DNA from: Lama glama
Lineage: Eukaryota
Reading direction: 5' to 3'
DNA: 64,000 bases
Assembly (NCBI GenBank): GCA_028534125.1
Contig: CM052817.1
Coordinates: 48,610,001-48,674,000, forward strand
This document shows positions 21,701 through 33,680 of this stretch, piece by piece. Below the pieces are notes generated by a model. The model worked only from the letters and a program-made list of their open reading frames with translations. It was not told where the DNA came from and ran no database searches. The stretch's first letter is position 1. The number at the start of each line of letters is the position of its first letter. The position numbers were made by a program, and so were the translations under genes.

Positions 21701-23506
21701 TCTAGGCACTAGCCCGTCTGCCTGTCAAGGAGAGTGCAGATATAAATAGTGATAGGGACCTCTGCTGCCATGTTTATTTTACATAATGAAACTATGAGAT
21801 AGTTATTACCTGGTGCTGTTATAAGCTGACTAAGGGGTCAGTTAAAAAGGAAAGAAAACAGTAAGAGAGGCAGAGAGAGAGAGAAAACATTGATACTTGA
21901 GACGATGGCTCGTTGCACTGGAATGTGGGAATTAGAAATTAGGAATTTATCTAAAAAATATGAAGATTGGTGATTTTGAATTTCTAGTTGCTAGGCTAGT
22001 TTAAAAAGGCCTAGTAATGTCTGGCTATATTCACTGTTCAGAATAATCTCAGTTTCAGTGATGGCACAGTCCAAAATCAGTACTTTGAGCTACGTTCTAA
22101 GGTGCCGTAGACCACATTTCATTATATAGAGGCTAATTATATAAACTGGAATATTCTAGAATCCTATGCTTTCTTCTTTCCTCTATTGTTGTTTCTATTA
22201 TTATTATTGTTTTTAGTTTATCTTTTTACAAATCACTTCTGCTCAAGGTTTGGTAAGAGAAATAGGAAAAAATAGGCAAAACTGTAAATTTATCTCTTTG
22301 TTAGACACTTGGATTAAACATAGAGCAGAAGGTTGAAATTATATACTTAAATATGAAATTTGGAGATTGTTTTCATGGATTTTACTTATCCCACTCTAGT
22401 TAATTATGTAAGCCTTGTATAATTAGGACTTGTATTTACACCTTTGAGCAAGGTTTATCCTAAAGCATTTACTTGGGTAACTCCTTAAGAAAACTGTTCC
22501 ATTTGCACATACAATAGACAAAAATAAAGATTTTAATCAGAATTATATATTTTCATGGTATATCAGGTGCAACACAATTCCTAGCATGGTAACCAGGATA
22601 GAGATACCAATGTTTTCTCATTCCTTTTGTTTCTTCTTCCTTTTTCTGGGCATGATACGCATCTGGTATTGATTTGAGCCAATGCTCATCCTTCTGTTTG
22701 CATCCCGTAGAAGAAATATAATTAAAGGATACTTCATCATTTTCCTAAACTGTAGGTGTAATCAATTACCTTTTATATATCAGAGAAACTGGAGAGTGTA
22801 ATTAAACAAAGGAAGCAGTAATATGTAAATGCTTTTCCTGCTAATTAAAGATTTTCAGAAACATAACATTGTAGAGAGTTAAAAATAACTGAAATTAGTG
22901 TGTTTAGCATAGGCTACAACAACATAAGGAAGTTAATAAGGAGAATAGTGGTGAAATGTATTTAGATTTCCTAAATCTACTTTCTAAGATTATGGCCCAA
23001 GATTTTGGGGGAACTTTTGTGTGCTTAATTTCTCTTGCATAATTTTCCATCTAATCTTTATAGTAGCTGTCACTGAAATTCTTGATAATGTTACACACTC
23101 ATGTGGGAAGATGTGGTCTTTTAGTTTACAAATATAAAATGTCACTCATTTTCTCTTTTATAAAATTAGTATTATGTTGGATGACTATTAAGATTCCTTT
23201 CATCTCTTAAAGTTCATGATTGGATGAAAGGCTATGCTTAGCTATTTTTTTAAAAATTGAAAATACCACTTACAATGATTGCTATGGGATATAATGACTG
23301 TGTAACTTAGTTCTAACATCCCATCTGTGAACTAAGATGCTCTTTGTTTCTTCTGACATATTTAGTGTTTTATCCTCTCAAGTATACTTATGACAATATT
23401 TAGTTTGATATGTGACCTGTTTGTATTAGGAAAAATAAATGAAAATACTCACCCAGTTATCTAGCTTAGGAAAAGAGGCTCCATGCCTGCCCTGAAGCAG
23501 CAACAT
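9902..23506 (-). CDS. ENAM: Enamelin, complete spliced CDS: join of 23453-23506, 21565-21633, 21400-21444, 20678-20719, 18842-19117, 17295-17357, 15829-15879, 9902-12742; 3441 nt, 1146 aa
   Basis: All eight exons read by eye. All introns are phase 0 GT-AG, an SCPP hallmark, and the ORF is continuous from MLLLQGRHG to QDCLLLQA*. Confidence 0.97.
13942..14325 (+). mobile_element. L1 (L1MA/MB-type) 3' end in the last ENAM intron
   Basis: ccttgaggacattatgctaag...agccagtcacagaaag...aataaataataattttaaaaa, flanked by the direct repeat tcacaacta (13933-13941 and 14326-14334). Confidence 0.8.
15569..15616. repeat. Imperfect (AG)n microsatellite
   Basis: agagagagagagagaaagagagagagataaggagactgagagagagag. 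Confidence 0.85.
15829..15879 (-). CDS. ENAM: ENAM coding exon 7 of 8: RVPTGYGRPPVSNEEGG
   Basis: tttcag acceptor, gtaagt donor, 51 nt, conserved SNEE FAM20C-type site. Confidence 0.96.
17295..17357 (-). CDS. ENAM: ENAM coding exon 6 of 8: AFLPFGNGLFPYQQPPWHVPH
   Basis: ctctctag acceptor, gtgagt donor, 63 nt. Confidence 0.96.
17575..18030 (-). mobile_element. Composite of two different L1 3' fragments inserted into a MIR
   Basis: Bounded by the perfect 14-bp direct repeat TGAGCATTTTATAT (17561-17574 and 18031-18044). MIR sequence lies on both sides (about 17510-17574 and 18045-18200). Confidence 0.75.
18842..19117 (-). CDS. ENAM: ENAM coding exon 5 of 8, P/Q-rich: MAHLGPLYGHGMQIPQLFPQYQMPMWPQPPP...EEAQTPE
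   Basis: cccttgcag acceptor, gtgagg donor, 276 nt, within ORF 18824..19132. Confidence 0.96.
20678..20719 (-). CDS. ENAM: ENAM coding exon 4 of 8: MMRYGHFNFMNSPH
   Basis: tttggtcacag acceptor, gtaagt donor, 42 nt. Confidence 0.95.
21400..21444 (-). CDS. ENAM: ENAM coding exon 3 of 8: MQMPRIPGFSSKSEE
   Basis: ctccttccag acceptor, gtatgt donor. Ends in the SCPP-signature S-x-E motif. Confidence 0.96.
21565..21633 (-). CDS. ENAM: ENAM coding exon 2 of 8 (signal peptide): VPSGKMKILLVFLGLLGYSAAMP
   Basis: ttttgtattccag acceptor, gtgagt donor. Hydrophobic signal peptide plus the first two mature residues, the typical SCPP layout. Confidence 0.96.
23453..23506 (-). CDS. ENAM: ENAM first coding exon: MLLLQGRHGASFPKLDNW
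   Basis: ATG with A at -3, gtgagt donor, likely acceptor tttcttaaag at 23531-23532. Resembles the mammalian ENAM N-terminus (...SFPKLDN). Confidence 0.92.
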
Positions 23507-23998
23507 TTTTTCACCAAAATTTTCATAAGCCTTTAAGAAAGGTATAGATTTAGCATGAGAAGAAACCCAGATAATTATGAAACAAATAAATGAATAAACC
23601 AATAGCAAAGCTTCAGCTCTTCCTTTACTAGAGAATCTTCAAAATCAAGCTTAATCTTCTGTTGCTTTAAGAGTAGAATGAAGGCTAAATCAGAGAGAAA
23701 TGACCCAGGCACTGTGTTTTGAGATACTTTTAGTGCAATGTTGATAAAATTTGATTGCTCATTGGGGACGTGTACAAAAGCACAGTGTTAAATGAGATCT
23801 AAGTAGATTGGAAGAAAGCTTATAAGAAAAACAAATACACCAAGAAAGCCAAGAAGTTTAAAGTTTTATCAGAAGGTTAGTCTGCAAAAAAATGATTATC
23901 ACCCAACACCAGAGAATGCAATCAGGAAGTCAACCAACATCCATCTAAGTTCATTATTTGGCACTATATTTTTTATGTTGATAATCTCTAATACTCAC

Positions 23999-24160
23999 CC
24001 GACGCCAGTTAGAAGCTCCAATATATTAAAAATAGCTTTTACTTGAAACTTGCTAGCCTGTCTTTGAAATATATTCTTAATGGTCTACAGTGGAAATGAC
24101 TATGAGTTGCTGAAGCCAGGGATATCTCAAGGAGCAAGACACATTTATTTATTTCTTAAT
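23999..24160 (-). promoter_or_regulatory. ENAM: Probable ENAM non-coding exon 1 and core promoter
   Basis: Strong donor GG|gtgagtat at 23999/23998. An AT-rich TATA-like AAATAAATAAAT lies near 24145-24156. The TSS is not determinable. Confidence 0.55.
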
Positions 24161-25956
24161 AATAAAACAAAAATTCTTCATGAAGATGTCATATTCTGTG
24201 CCCAAAAGGCTTAAAATAAAGATTTCTCCTTGTCAGAGAGCTTGGGTCACATTTAAGCACTGTTGTAGACTTGTACAACCAATCAGCTTCAAGAAAAGTG
24301 GTTTTGCCATCACAAGAGTTTAAGGTAAAATAACACATCCAAAGTAAAATGTATAATGTGTTATTATAGGAGCTGTCAAATCAAGTCTCTTATTATGTAT
24401 AATAACAGTCCAGGAAAATGAGCTTACAGCAGTAAGATTTAGAAGATGCTTTTCTTGATGAATTTGGAGTTTTTCAAGTATAGAAACTTTGTATATGAAG
24501 ATATTTAGGGAACAAAGGTGAATATTAACCATGTGTTATTGTCATAAATCATTGACCATCCTCAAAAGGCAGGCCAACATATATATTTAGTTTAGTATAT
24601 TTAGTTAGTATGTATTTAATATATATTGAAAATTAATTGGAATGGTATGTCAACATTCAACTCAGTGATTTGATTTGATTCATATTATATAAGGTTACCA
24701 GAACATAGTGTTCTTTTTGAAGTCAAATATAGTTTAGTCCCTGTGGATGCAGTTATAGAAAAGAAAGGCAAAATGACAAATGAATTCTCAGCTATTCATG
24801 ATAATACAATCTCGTGAAAATCTGAATTGAGAAATTCATTGAAGGAATTATGTTCAGATATCTTTAGAAATCTAACTTTCCAAAATAAAGATTTCACTTC
24901 TCAATAAATAAATAGGACAGTTATACTTTTCATTGATAAGAACAAGCTGTGCTATCTTTGCTGAAATTGGATTCTCCTGTTCTCTGTGGCTCTGTGTGTA
25001 GTGATGATGATTGCTTATTTTAATATTGGCATTTAAATGTTAAGAATTTTTGAATTTGATGCCAAAAGCTGGTTCCTACTTGGTATGACTGTGCGCATAA
25101 ATTCATCCAGTGGTTGCACAAGGTGCTGTTTTTTCAAGGCATGAGAGGTGCCATGTCCTTCCTCCTGGGCCAAATAACACTGCATTTTGTAGCCCTCCAA
25201 TGCCCTGAATTTAGTTCCACAAATAATAAAATTGTACCATAATAGTTGACTTTAAATTAGTCTCTAAATATCTTTTAGGTCTGTATGTGTCCAAGGAGGT
25301 GTGTAAAGGTATAACTGCTCCAAGTACCTGGCTGTCTTTGTTAGATTTTGTAGAAACTGAGTAGGAATTATGGTCCTGGGTGTACTGTGTGTATGCTGTG
25401 ATGAGCTTGCAAGTGGTAGGGCACATAGTGGACAGTGTATTTATGAAGGTGAAGTGGGAATCATGATGCTGGGTGACCCTAGTCTCTGCCTGTGCCCTTC
25501 ATGTAGAGGCTGGAGCTTTGATTTCAGCCTTAGCCATATGGATTATTGGGAGTTGCCACTAAACCTCACTTGATTGTTTCTCTATTTACCCTTGTTCCCT
25601 TTACCATAAGGCTGGCTGGTGGTCATGAAATAATACATGTTTTAAAAAGCCAGCTAAGCTATTGAATGGGTGAACTTTTAGTAGCAGTGGATCAGTCTGA
25701 GAAAACAACAAAGCCTCTTTAATCTTTAAAAACACTAAAGAAGTGCTTAACTCAAAAAAGTATTATGAAACCAGTCCTTTGTGACTTTTCCTCTTTTACT
25801 CCAATTATCTCTATTTATTTTATAACTTTTCTCCTCTGAACAATTACAATTGTTTGTAAATACGTTTTTGAGCTGGCTTTAAAAATTTTTTTAATTTAGC
25901 TCTTTTTCTTTTTTTTCTTCTCTGTTCCCCTTTTTGTCTTAAAAACAAGGCTTCTT

Positions 25957-27412
25957 TTAAAAATTTTTTTTAAATATATTTTTATTGAAGTATAGTCGGT
26001 TTACAATGTTATGTCAATTTTTGGTGTACAGCACAATACTTCAGTCATATAGGAACATACATATATTTGTTTTCGTATTATTTTTTACCATAAATTACTA
26101 CAAGATATTGAATATAGTTCCTTGTGCTATACAGTAGAAACTTGTTTATCTATTTTGTATATAGTAGTTAGTATCTGCAAATCTCAAAATCCCAATTTGT
26201 CCCTTCCCATTCCCTTTCCCACCTGGTAACCATAAGTTTGTTTTCTATGTCTGTGAGTCTGTTTTGTAAATACATTTGTTTGTTTGTTTGTTTTTTAGAT
26301 TTCACATATAAGTGATATCATATGGTATTTTTCTTTTTTTTTCTGGCTTACTTCACTTAGAATGGCATTCTCCAGGTCCATCCATGTTGCTGCAAATGGC
26401 ATTATTTTATTCCTTTTATGGCTGAGTAGGATCCATTGTATAAATATACCACAGCTTCTTTATCCAGTCATCTGTTGATGGACATTTAGGTTGCTTCCAT
26501 GTCTTGGCTATTGTAAATAATGCTGCTATGAAATTAAGGTTCCTTCTGGATATATGCCCAGGAATGGGATTGCTGGATCATATGGTAAGTCTATTTTTAG
26601 TCTTTTGAGGAATATCCATACTGTTTTCCATAATGGCTGCACTAAACTACATTCCCACCAACTGTGTGGGAGGGTTCCCTTTTCTCCACAGCCTCTCCAG
26701 CATTTATGGTTTGTGGACTTTTGAATGATGGCCATTCTGACTGGTGTGAGGTGATATCTCATTGTAGTTTTGATTTGCATTTCTCTGACAATTAGCGATT
26801 TTGAGCATTTTTTTCATGTGCCTATTGGCAATTTGTATGTCTTCATTGGAGAATTGCTTGTTTAGGTCTTCTACCCATATTTGGATTGGGTTGTTTGTTT
26901 TTTTCTTATTAAAGTTATACGAGCTGTTTATATATTCTGGAAATTAAGCCCTTGTCAGTCTCATCTTTTGCAAATATTTTCTCCCATTTTGTACATTGTC
27001 TTTTTGTTTTGCTTATGGTTTCCTTTGCTGTGCAAAAGCTTATACGTTTAATTAAGTCCCATTTGTTTATTTTTGCTTTTATTTCAATTGCCTGGGTAGA
27101 CTGCCTTAGGAGAACATTGCTGAGATGTATGTCAGATAATGTTTGCCTATGATTTCTTCTAATAGGTGTATATTGTCTTCTCTTATGTTTAAGTCTTTAA
27201 GCCATTTTGAATTTATTTTTGTGTATGGTATGAGGGAGTGTTCTAACTTCATTGATTTACATGCTGCTGTCCAGTTTCCCCAACACCATTTGCTGAAGAG
27301 ATAGTCTTTACTCCATTGTATGTTCTTGCCTCCTTTGTCAAAAATTAATTGAACAGAAGTTTGTGGATTTATTTCTGGGCTTTCTACTCTGTTCCATTGA
27401 TCCATATATCTG
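25957..27412 (-). mobile_element. 5'-truncated L1 (ORF2 C-terminus plus 3' UTR) with a perfect 16-bp TSD
   Basis: ORF fragments [19 protein letters not shown] and [12 protein letters not shown] are L1 ORF2. TSD AAAAACAAGGCTTCTT at 25941-25956 and 27413-27428, with the A-rich tail at the low-coordinate end. Confidence 0.95.
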
Positions 27413-27614
27413 AAAAACAAGGCTTCTTAACCAGAATTTGTAAACCCATGAAATTATATATAAGAATTTGTTTGTGTATAGATGCATCTTCTTTCCCCTG
27501 AAGGAGAACCTATATCTGTAAAGACTCTGTGACCTCCCTCTCTTCTCAGATCCTCTCATTGCTCTAGATTTTAAGACACTAAGAACAAAAAATTTGTTTG
27601 ATTTCTTACTCTAG

Positions 27615-27800
27615 GTATGGTGGAAAGAGGCTGGGCTTTGGAGTTGCCAGACCTGAGTTTAAACCTTCCACAAATTATCTGTTTAACTTTCTGTTCAGTA
27701 AGATGGGGTAGTAGGTTTCTTCTAAGAAGTAATTTAAATAATGCATGTAAAGTGTCTGGCACCTACCAGGCACTGAGTGATGATCAGTGTCTGACTGATG
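27615..27800 (+). mobile_element. MIR SINE
   Basis: ggtatggtggaaagaggctgggctttggagttgccagacctgagttt...gcatgtaaagtgtctggcac. Confidence 0.7.
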
Positions 27801-29084
27801 AATACACGAAGGTACTTTTGTGGTTCCACGTTGTACTTCATAATTAAGGACCTAACAGTAATAAAGGCAGTCATAATTATCAGAGCAAGTAGATCTTCTG
27901 AACATGGCAACCATGGCTGAAGTTCTGTGGATTATAATTAGTAGAACTCTCCCACATTGCAGGATTACTGAACTTGGGACACTTGAGATAAAGCAGTGTC
28001 TTAGGAATCCACTATTGATGGCCAAATAGTGTCTAAGCATCCACAGTCTTGATTTCTCTCTGGAACTGTTCATATAGCAAATCCTCAGGCCCTAAGAATG
28101 AGAAACTTTCCTTCATAAGGGAAGAGGAGATATAGTTTAATCTCTCACAGATTACATGGTTAATAATATTTTATTCTACAGACACTTCCACAGCAGACTC
28201 TTCATGCACATCCCTAGCGGAGGTACCCACCTGTCCTGCATAAGCTGTTAGAGTAGGAAATTTTCTGAGTCAGAACTCGGTAGTGGGTTTCAATTGTGGT
28301 TTCTGTGACTTGTTTTAAAATCTTAGTCAAGTGACTTAAAATCTTTAAGCTTCAGTTCCTCATTTGTAAAGTAGGAGAAAATAATAGTATTTTTTTCATT
28401 AGTTTGTTGAGCATTTAATGAGATCATTCATTTAAAGTTTTTAGTACATAGCCTAAATAAGTATCATAAATATATAGATATATAAATGTTACCTATTATT
28501 ATAATTAGAACTTGCTGCTTTGTTTCTGACCACTGACATTTCCTACAGATTTTTAAGGATGTTTCACCTCGTTGTGCTTATTTATGAAAAAGAACAAAAA
28601 GACAGAAAACAAAAACCTCCTAAGGAGAAACCAAACATCTACATAAATAGAATATAAAAAAACTGGTTCATACAGTGTCTCTGATTTATACAGTTTAAGT
28701 CCAGCTTTTGGTCTACAAATATAGAAGTTACTCTGTGATGCCAGTGAGTTACTGCTGGTGGGTGGTTATTTGTTTGAACCACCCTCAGAGGTAATGTTTA
28801 TATGTGCTGAAGAACAGCTTAAAAATGACGAGGAATCTGAGAAGATTATCTTGTTCTCCATCTTCTCTCTTCATTCTGAGAAGAAAATGTAATCCAATAG
28901 TTAAGAACACAGGCCTTGGGTTTCAAAATACTGAATAATGTGTACCCTGAGCTTAGAGCAGTACCTGATCATAGTAAGTGCTTCATATGGGTTAAGCGTT
29001 TCTCTACTTCTTATACTTCATGGAAGCTGGTTGTGATGGAACCAGCTTATCATGGAAATAATATATTTCTTGACCATTTATTAT

Positions 29085-29300
29085 ATTCATTGGTGATGCT
29101 TTAAGCACTTTTCATGGGTTAATCTCACTTATTCCTCACAACAACCCTATGAGAAAGGTTCTATTATTATTCACATTTTACTATAAAGAAACCAACATAT
29201 AGAAAGGTTAAGCAGCTTATTCAGGGTTACATAGCCAGCAAGTGGCTAAAACCAGACAGTCTGACTCCAGGGCCCTTGTTCTGTCCTTTACTTCATGCTG
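29085..29300 (-). mobile_element. MIR SINE
   Basis: atctcacttattcctcacaacaaccctatgag...attattattcacattttac...ctgactccagggccc. Confidence 0.75.
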
Positions 29301-32300
29301 TCTTGGCCTGAATTGAAGCAGTGATGTTAAGGCACAGCTTCTTTAGCTTCTTCCTTTGTAAAAATGGCTGCCATTTTTCCTATTTGGATATCTTGGTGTT
29401 AACTGTGGAGAAAAATCACAAGGAGTCAGAATATCTAGTTTCTAGTTCTTGATTGATGATTCACCAACCCTAGGACTTTGGGAATGTCCTTAGACATCAC
29501 TGAGTTTCAGTTTCCTTAATAAGCATGTGCCTATTTGTTTTCCAAAGCATGTGATACTGTCTTTCATCAGCAGAGTAGAATACTAATACTCTGGACTTTT
29601 AACCTAAGAGAACCTTAAAATATTTGCAGTTCAATTCTGCTGAAATGCCTGGTTGAGAGAAGTGGCTTTGGTAAAAGACTGGTCCAACTATTCTCCGAGG
29701 GACTCCAAGATCTGTCCCTGAATCAAGTCATACCTGCAGTTAGGTTAGCTGAGCTTCTTTAAAGAATCACCTTCACTAAGATGTATTTACTAAAGCTCAC
29801 AAATGAGAGATAGATGTAAAAAGTCTACTCTTTTTAGGTGCCCAGCACATGCTGGATACAGTGCAAGTAAGTGGTGTTATGATGGTGAACACCACAGAGT
29901 CTGGAGCTATTTATCCAATAGTGGACCTAAACCTTGCAGTGTCAGGAGTAATACTGTAAGGAATAAGACTGGAGAGGGTCAGAGCACATAGGAGAGATTT
30001 TATGGAAGGTGCCCCATAGTAAGTGAGATATAAGTTATAACCTGACATCTGAGTTCAAGGTAGCCAGAAGAACATAGAAAAGTGTTCAAGGCAGAGAACA
30101 GTGTTGGTGAAGTCTGGAGGAAGAATGAGCAAGGTGAATTCTGACAACTTAGAAAAGTCTAGAATGGCTGCAGAAGAACTCCAGGGCTGAGAGTGGTGAG
30201 AGATGAGGCTGGAAGAGGAGAGCAGGGCTAGTCAAACAGAATCTCAAGCCTAGTGAAGGGCTTTTCCATAAAATATTGTTGAACACTGTACTAGATCACT
30301 TAATATGCAGTGTTTAAAACTCTACAGAGGAAATTTCTTCTACAGATTTATTTCAGGAAAAATTTTGCTGTCCTTGACATGTTTTAATTTATTTTTCTGG
30401 AGTCATTGTTAGTGGGGATATCCAGACCACTGCCTTTCCCTTCTATGTCTTATTTTAGAAATATTAATTACTTTTCTTACAACTATTGTTATGATTTATT
30501 TGCTCCTTTGCCATAGCAAGATGTTTGTAACATTCTGTGTTTTTCATCAGTCTGGTTATTAGCAAAGCTAAACTTAATGCTTTTTTACAGTGGATCCAGG
30601 TTATATAAAGCCTAACCTAGTACATTTTCAGGGGCTCCTTCTTTAAGCAAAACACTACATAATTTAGGTAACAAAAATATTTGTTAAGAAATTGCAAAAA
30701 ATTTCAGATTTTAAAAAGGTAACAAATAGTATAAACATCACAAAATCTGGAAAAACAGCTTAATATTTTTACGAATTGCCTGACTTCTATTATAGCATTC
30801 ATACATTTGAAGCCCTGTATCTTCTCCTCTGCTCACATGTTTCTAGTGCCAGCTTCCAAGATGTATTCATATTATCATATGATCTCTGGTCCTGTACCTT
30901 TAAGTCACATGTGGAATAAGTAGACATTGAGAGTTAGGCATGTGAAGTAGGAATATTCTTGGAAGCCATTTGTACATGAGGAGGGCTAGCCTTTTAAAAA
31001 CTACATACGGAATTTATGGTGGCTCACATAAATATATCACACTAAACTCAAAGTAAATGTCTTCCCGTATCAACTTCCCAAAATGCCCAGGGCTATTCCA
31101 ACACCATTTGAATTTAGGAGAAGGTGATGGAGGGACCATGGGAGTGGAAAGATACAGTAATTGATTCAGCCTCTGACCCTTATTGAGACTATGACTTTCC
31201 TTTCTGCTTGTGTTTACCTTGTAATGTTACTAACCTTATTACTGTTTCTTGCTGTGAGCTGTCTAAAATAGTTTTTGAGAAAAGATAGATATGCAAGTTT
31301 AATTAATGAAATAATGACAGTAAACCCTGCCTAATTATCATTCTTTAATAGTAATAACACCTTGAAATGTACAACAAAAGTTTCATTCACTACATGCTGG
31401 GCACTGTGCTAAATGCTTTTGATGACTTATTTAATATTCACAAAATCCCTATGTGGTAGGTACTATGATTGCCCCAACCAATATTTTACTGTTGAAAAAA
31501 ATGGAATCTTAATGAAGTCAAATAACTTGCCCATTGGCTAAGTGATAGAATGGAGATTTGAACTTAGGTCTGCCTACAGTTAGCATTTCCCTCTAGTTAG
31601 TATAGACATATAACATATACAGTATGTATGTTTCTACCAATGGTGTCAGGGCACTAGAGCCAAGTTTCTATAAAGGACTTCTCTGTAAAAGTGAAGTGAG
31701 ATGTGAACTTACATGAAATGGGTTTGTGAAATTTCAATTCCAAATATTAATACGAATTATGATTTTTTAAAAAGTTCAAATGCATGAAAAGTAGAAAAAG
31801 AAGTCTTGCTCCTCTTGAAAACAAGAAGCTGTCTCTTGGTATTGGCAGTGTAGTGCATACTGGGCAAGATGAGTCAACTTTTAAATAAACAGTTAGAGCA
31901 GACTAGATAATTAAGTTGAAGCTTGTTGAGTCTGTCACGTCAACTTCTTACCAAACATCATCTAATCACTTTTTTCAGAAATGCTAGCATCTACATTGAC
32001 ACATCTGTGCTGAAATGCACACATTTCCAGTGCTTCTTCCTCAGTAGGCCGATATACATGGGGTGCAGCCCTCTGTTTATAGCCTTTGTGTTGTGTGGAT
32101 TCCCTTTCTCACTTGCCACCACCGACATTCACCCATCTGTTCACAGGGAGTGGGTCTCATAAACCTACCTTCGGAAAGCTAGACCAACGTGAAGTCAGAT
32201 TCCCCGGTGCTGCCATCTGTTTGTTCAGTTTGTGACATAGGGTTAGAGTTGTGTACTTCAGATATGTTGTCTTTTCCTTGTAACTCTTAACGGTAGATAT

Positions 32301-32934
32301 TTAACACTGGTAGAAACTGAGGCTTGGAGTGATTAAGTAACAAACATGAGCTCAAGCTACACAGACAGAGCATGGGTTTGCACCAATGCCTGTCACCTCC
32401 ACTTTCCATTTGCCACAATGTCGTCATCACAGGGCTGGGCAAACGCCGGCAAAAGGGGACTGTTTGACTGGAGCTGTCAGCCTTAGTCAGTTAGTGTCAC
32501 CCCCACCCCAACCCCCTAGGCATTTCCCTCTGTTTCTGGCCTGGGGTCTGTTTTGATTCTTCTGCTTTCCTTTGATGATGAGATCATTCTGGGCCCAACA
32601 ATGATTCAATACTTATCTATAAGAAATTTAGGGACCCAGCACAATTTACTGTTCAAAAGGTAAGTAACTGAAAAACATTGGGTTTTTACCCAAATGGATA
32701 TTTTTCTTTCATTGTTTTTTAGAAAAGATTTTTGTCATAGATTTTCCTTTATTATAAAGTTTCCTGAAGAGAGACAAGAATTTAAAAGAGATATCATATA
32801 TGTTCAGTTTTATAAGAAGTAGTTTCTAAAAGACTGGAAGATTCTACCATGAAGAAAGAGAAAGAGCTCCTCCAAATTGTAGAATCTCAAAGTCAGAGAA
32901 GACCTGAGGATCATTTAAAGGGATGTGTCTTTGT

Positions 32935-33680
32935 CCTAGTTTCACAGACCTAAAACCTAGGGGTCATCCTTGACCCTTCTCCCACTCCTGGGCAAATCCT
33001 GTCATCTCTACCTTCAAAATAGATCCAGAATGGGACCACTTTGCACCACTTCCATCTACTGTGACTGAATTTTACCACCTTAGGGGTCCGTCTGCTTATT
33101 TCTCCTCTTCAGTTTATTCTCAAGTCAGAGGCCAGGATGATACATCAGATATATGAGTCACATCATGACCTTCTTCCAGTGGGTCCTCATCTCAGCCTTG
33201 TGTTAAAGACAGTCCTTATATAGCCACAAGGCCCTGTGTGATCTGATCCCACCTCTCTGATGTCCTTTTCCTCCTACTTTGTATCCTTCCTCTGCTCAGG
33301 CCACGCTGTCCTTGTTACTTTATCTTGACCATACCAGGTGTGCTTCTGCCTCAGGACCTTTGCTCTGGCTGTGCCCTTTGCTTAGAATGCTTTTTTCCCC
33401 CAGAGTCTACATGGCTTACTCCCTTGCCTCCTTTAGGTCTTCGCTCAGATGCTACCGTCTCCATGGGGTAAAACTGTAACTTACCATCCTTTCTAATGCC
33501 CTTTCCTGATTTATTTTTCTCTATTGCACTCATCATCAATTAACATATATTTTTCTAACTTAAATTTTGTTGTCTGTCTTCCTGTTCCTCAGTGAAGGTA
33601 GAGAACTTTATCTTTGTTTATTATTGAATCCCTAGCACCTAGAACATGGTAGTAACTCAGTAAATATTTGTGGAATTAAA
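32935..33680 (+). mobile_element. L2 LINE fragment
   Basis: aaaacctaggggtcatccttgac...ctaccttcaaaatagatccagaat...cctcaggacctttgctctggctgtgccc...ctcagtaaatatttg. Confidence 0.8.

Noticed and set aside
26526..27420. L1 ORF2-like ORFs as active reverse transcriptase genes
   Set aside because: They are fragments of a 5'-truncated, stop- and frameshift-disrupted L1.
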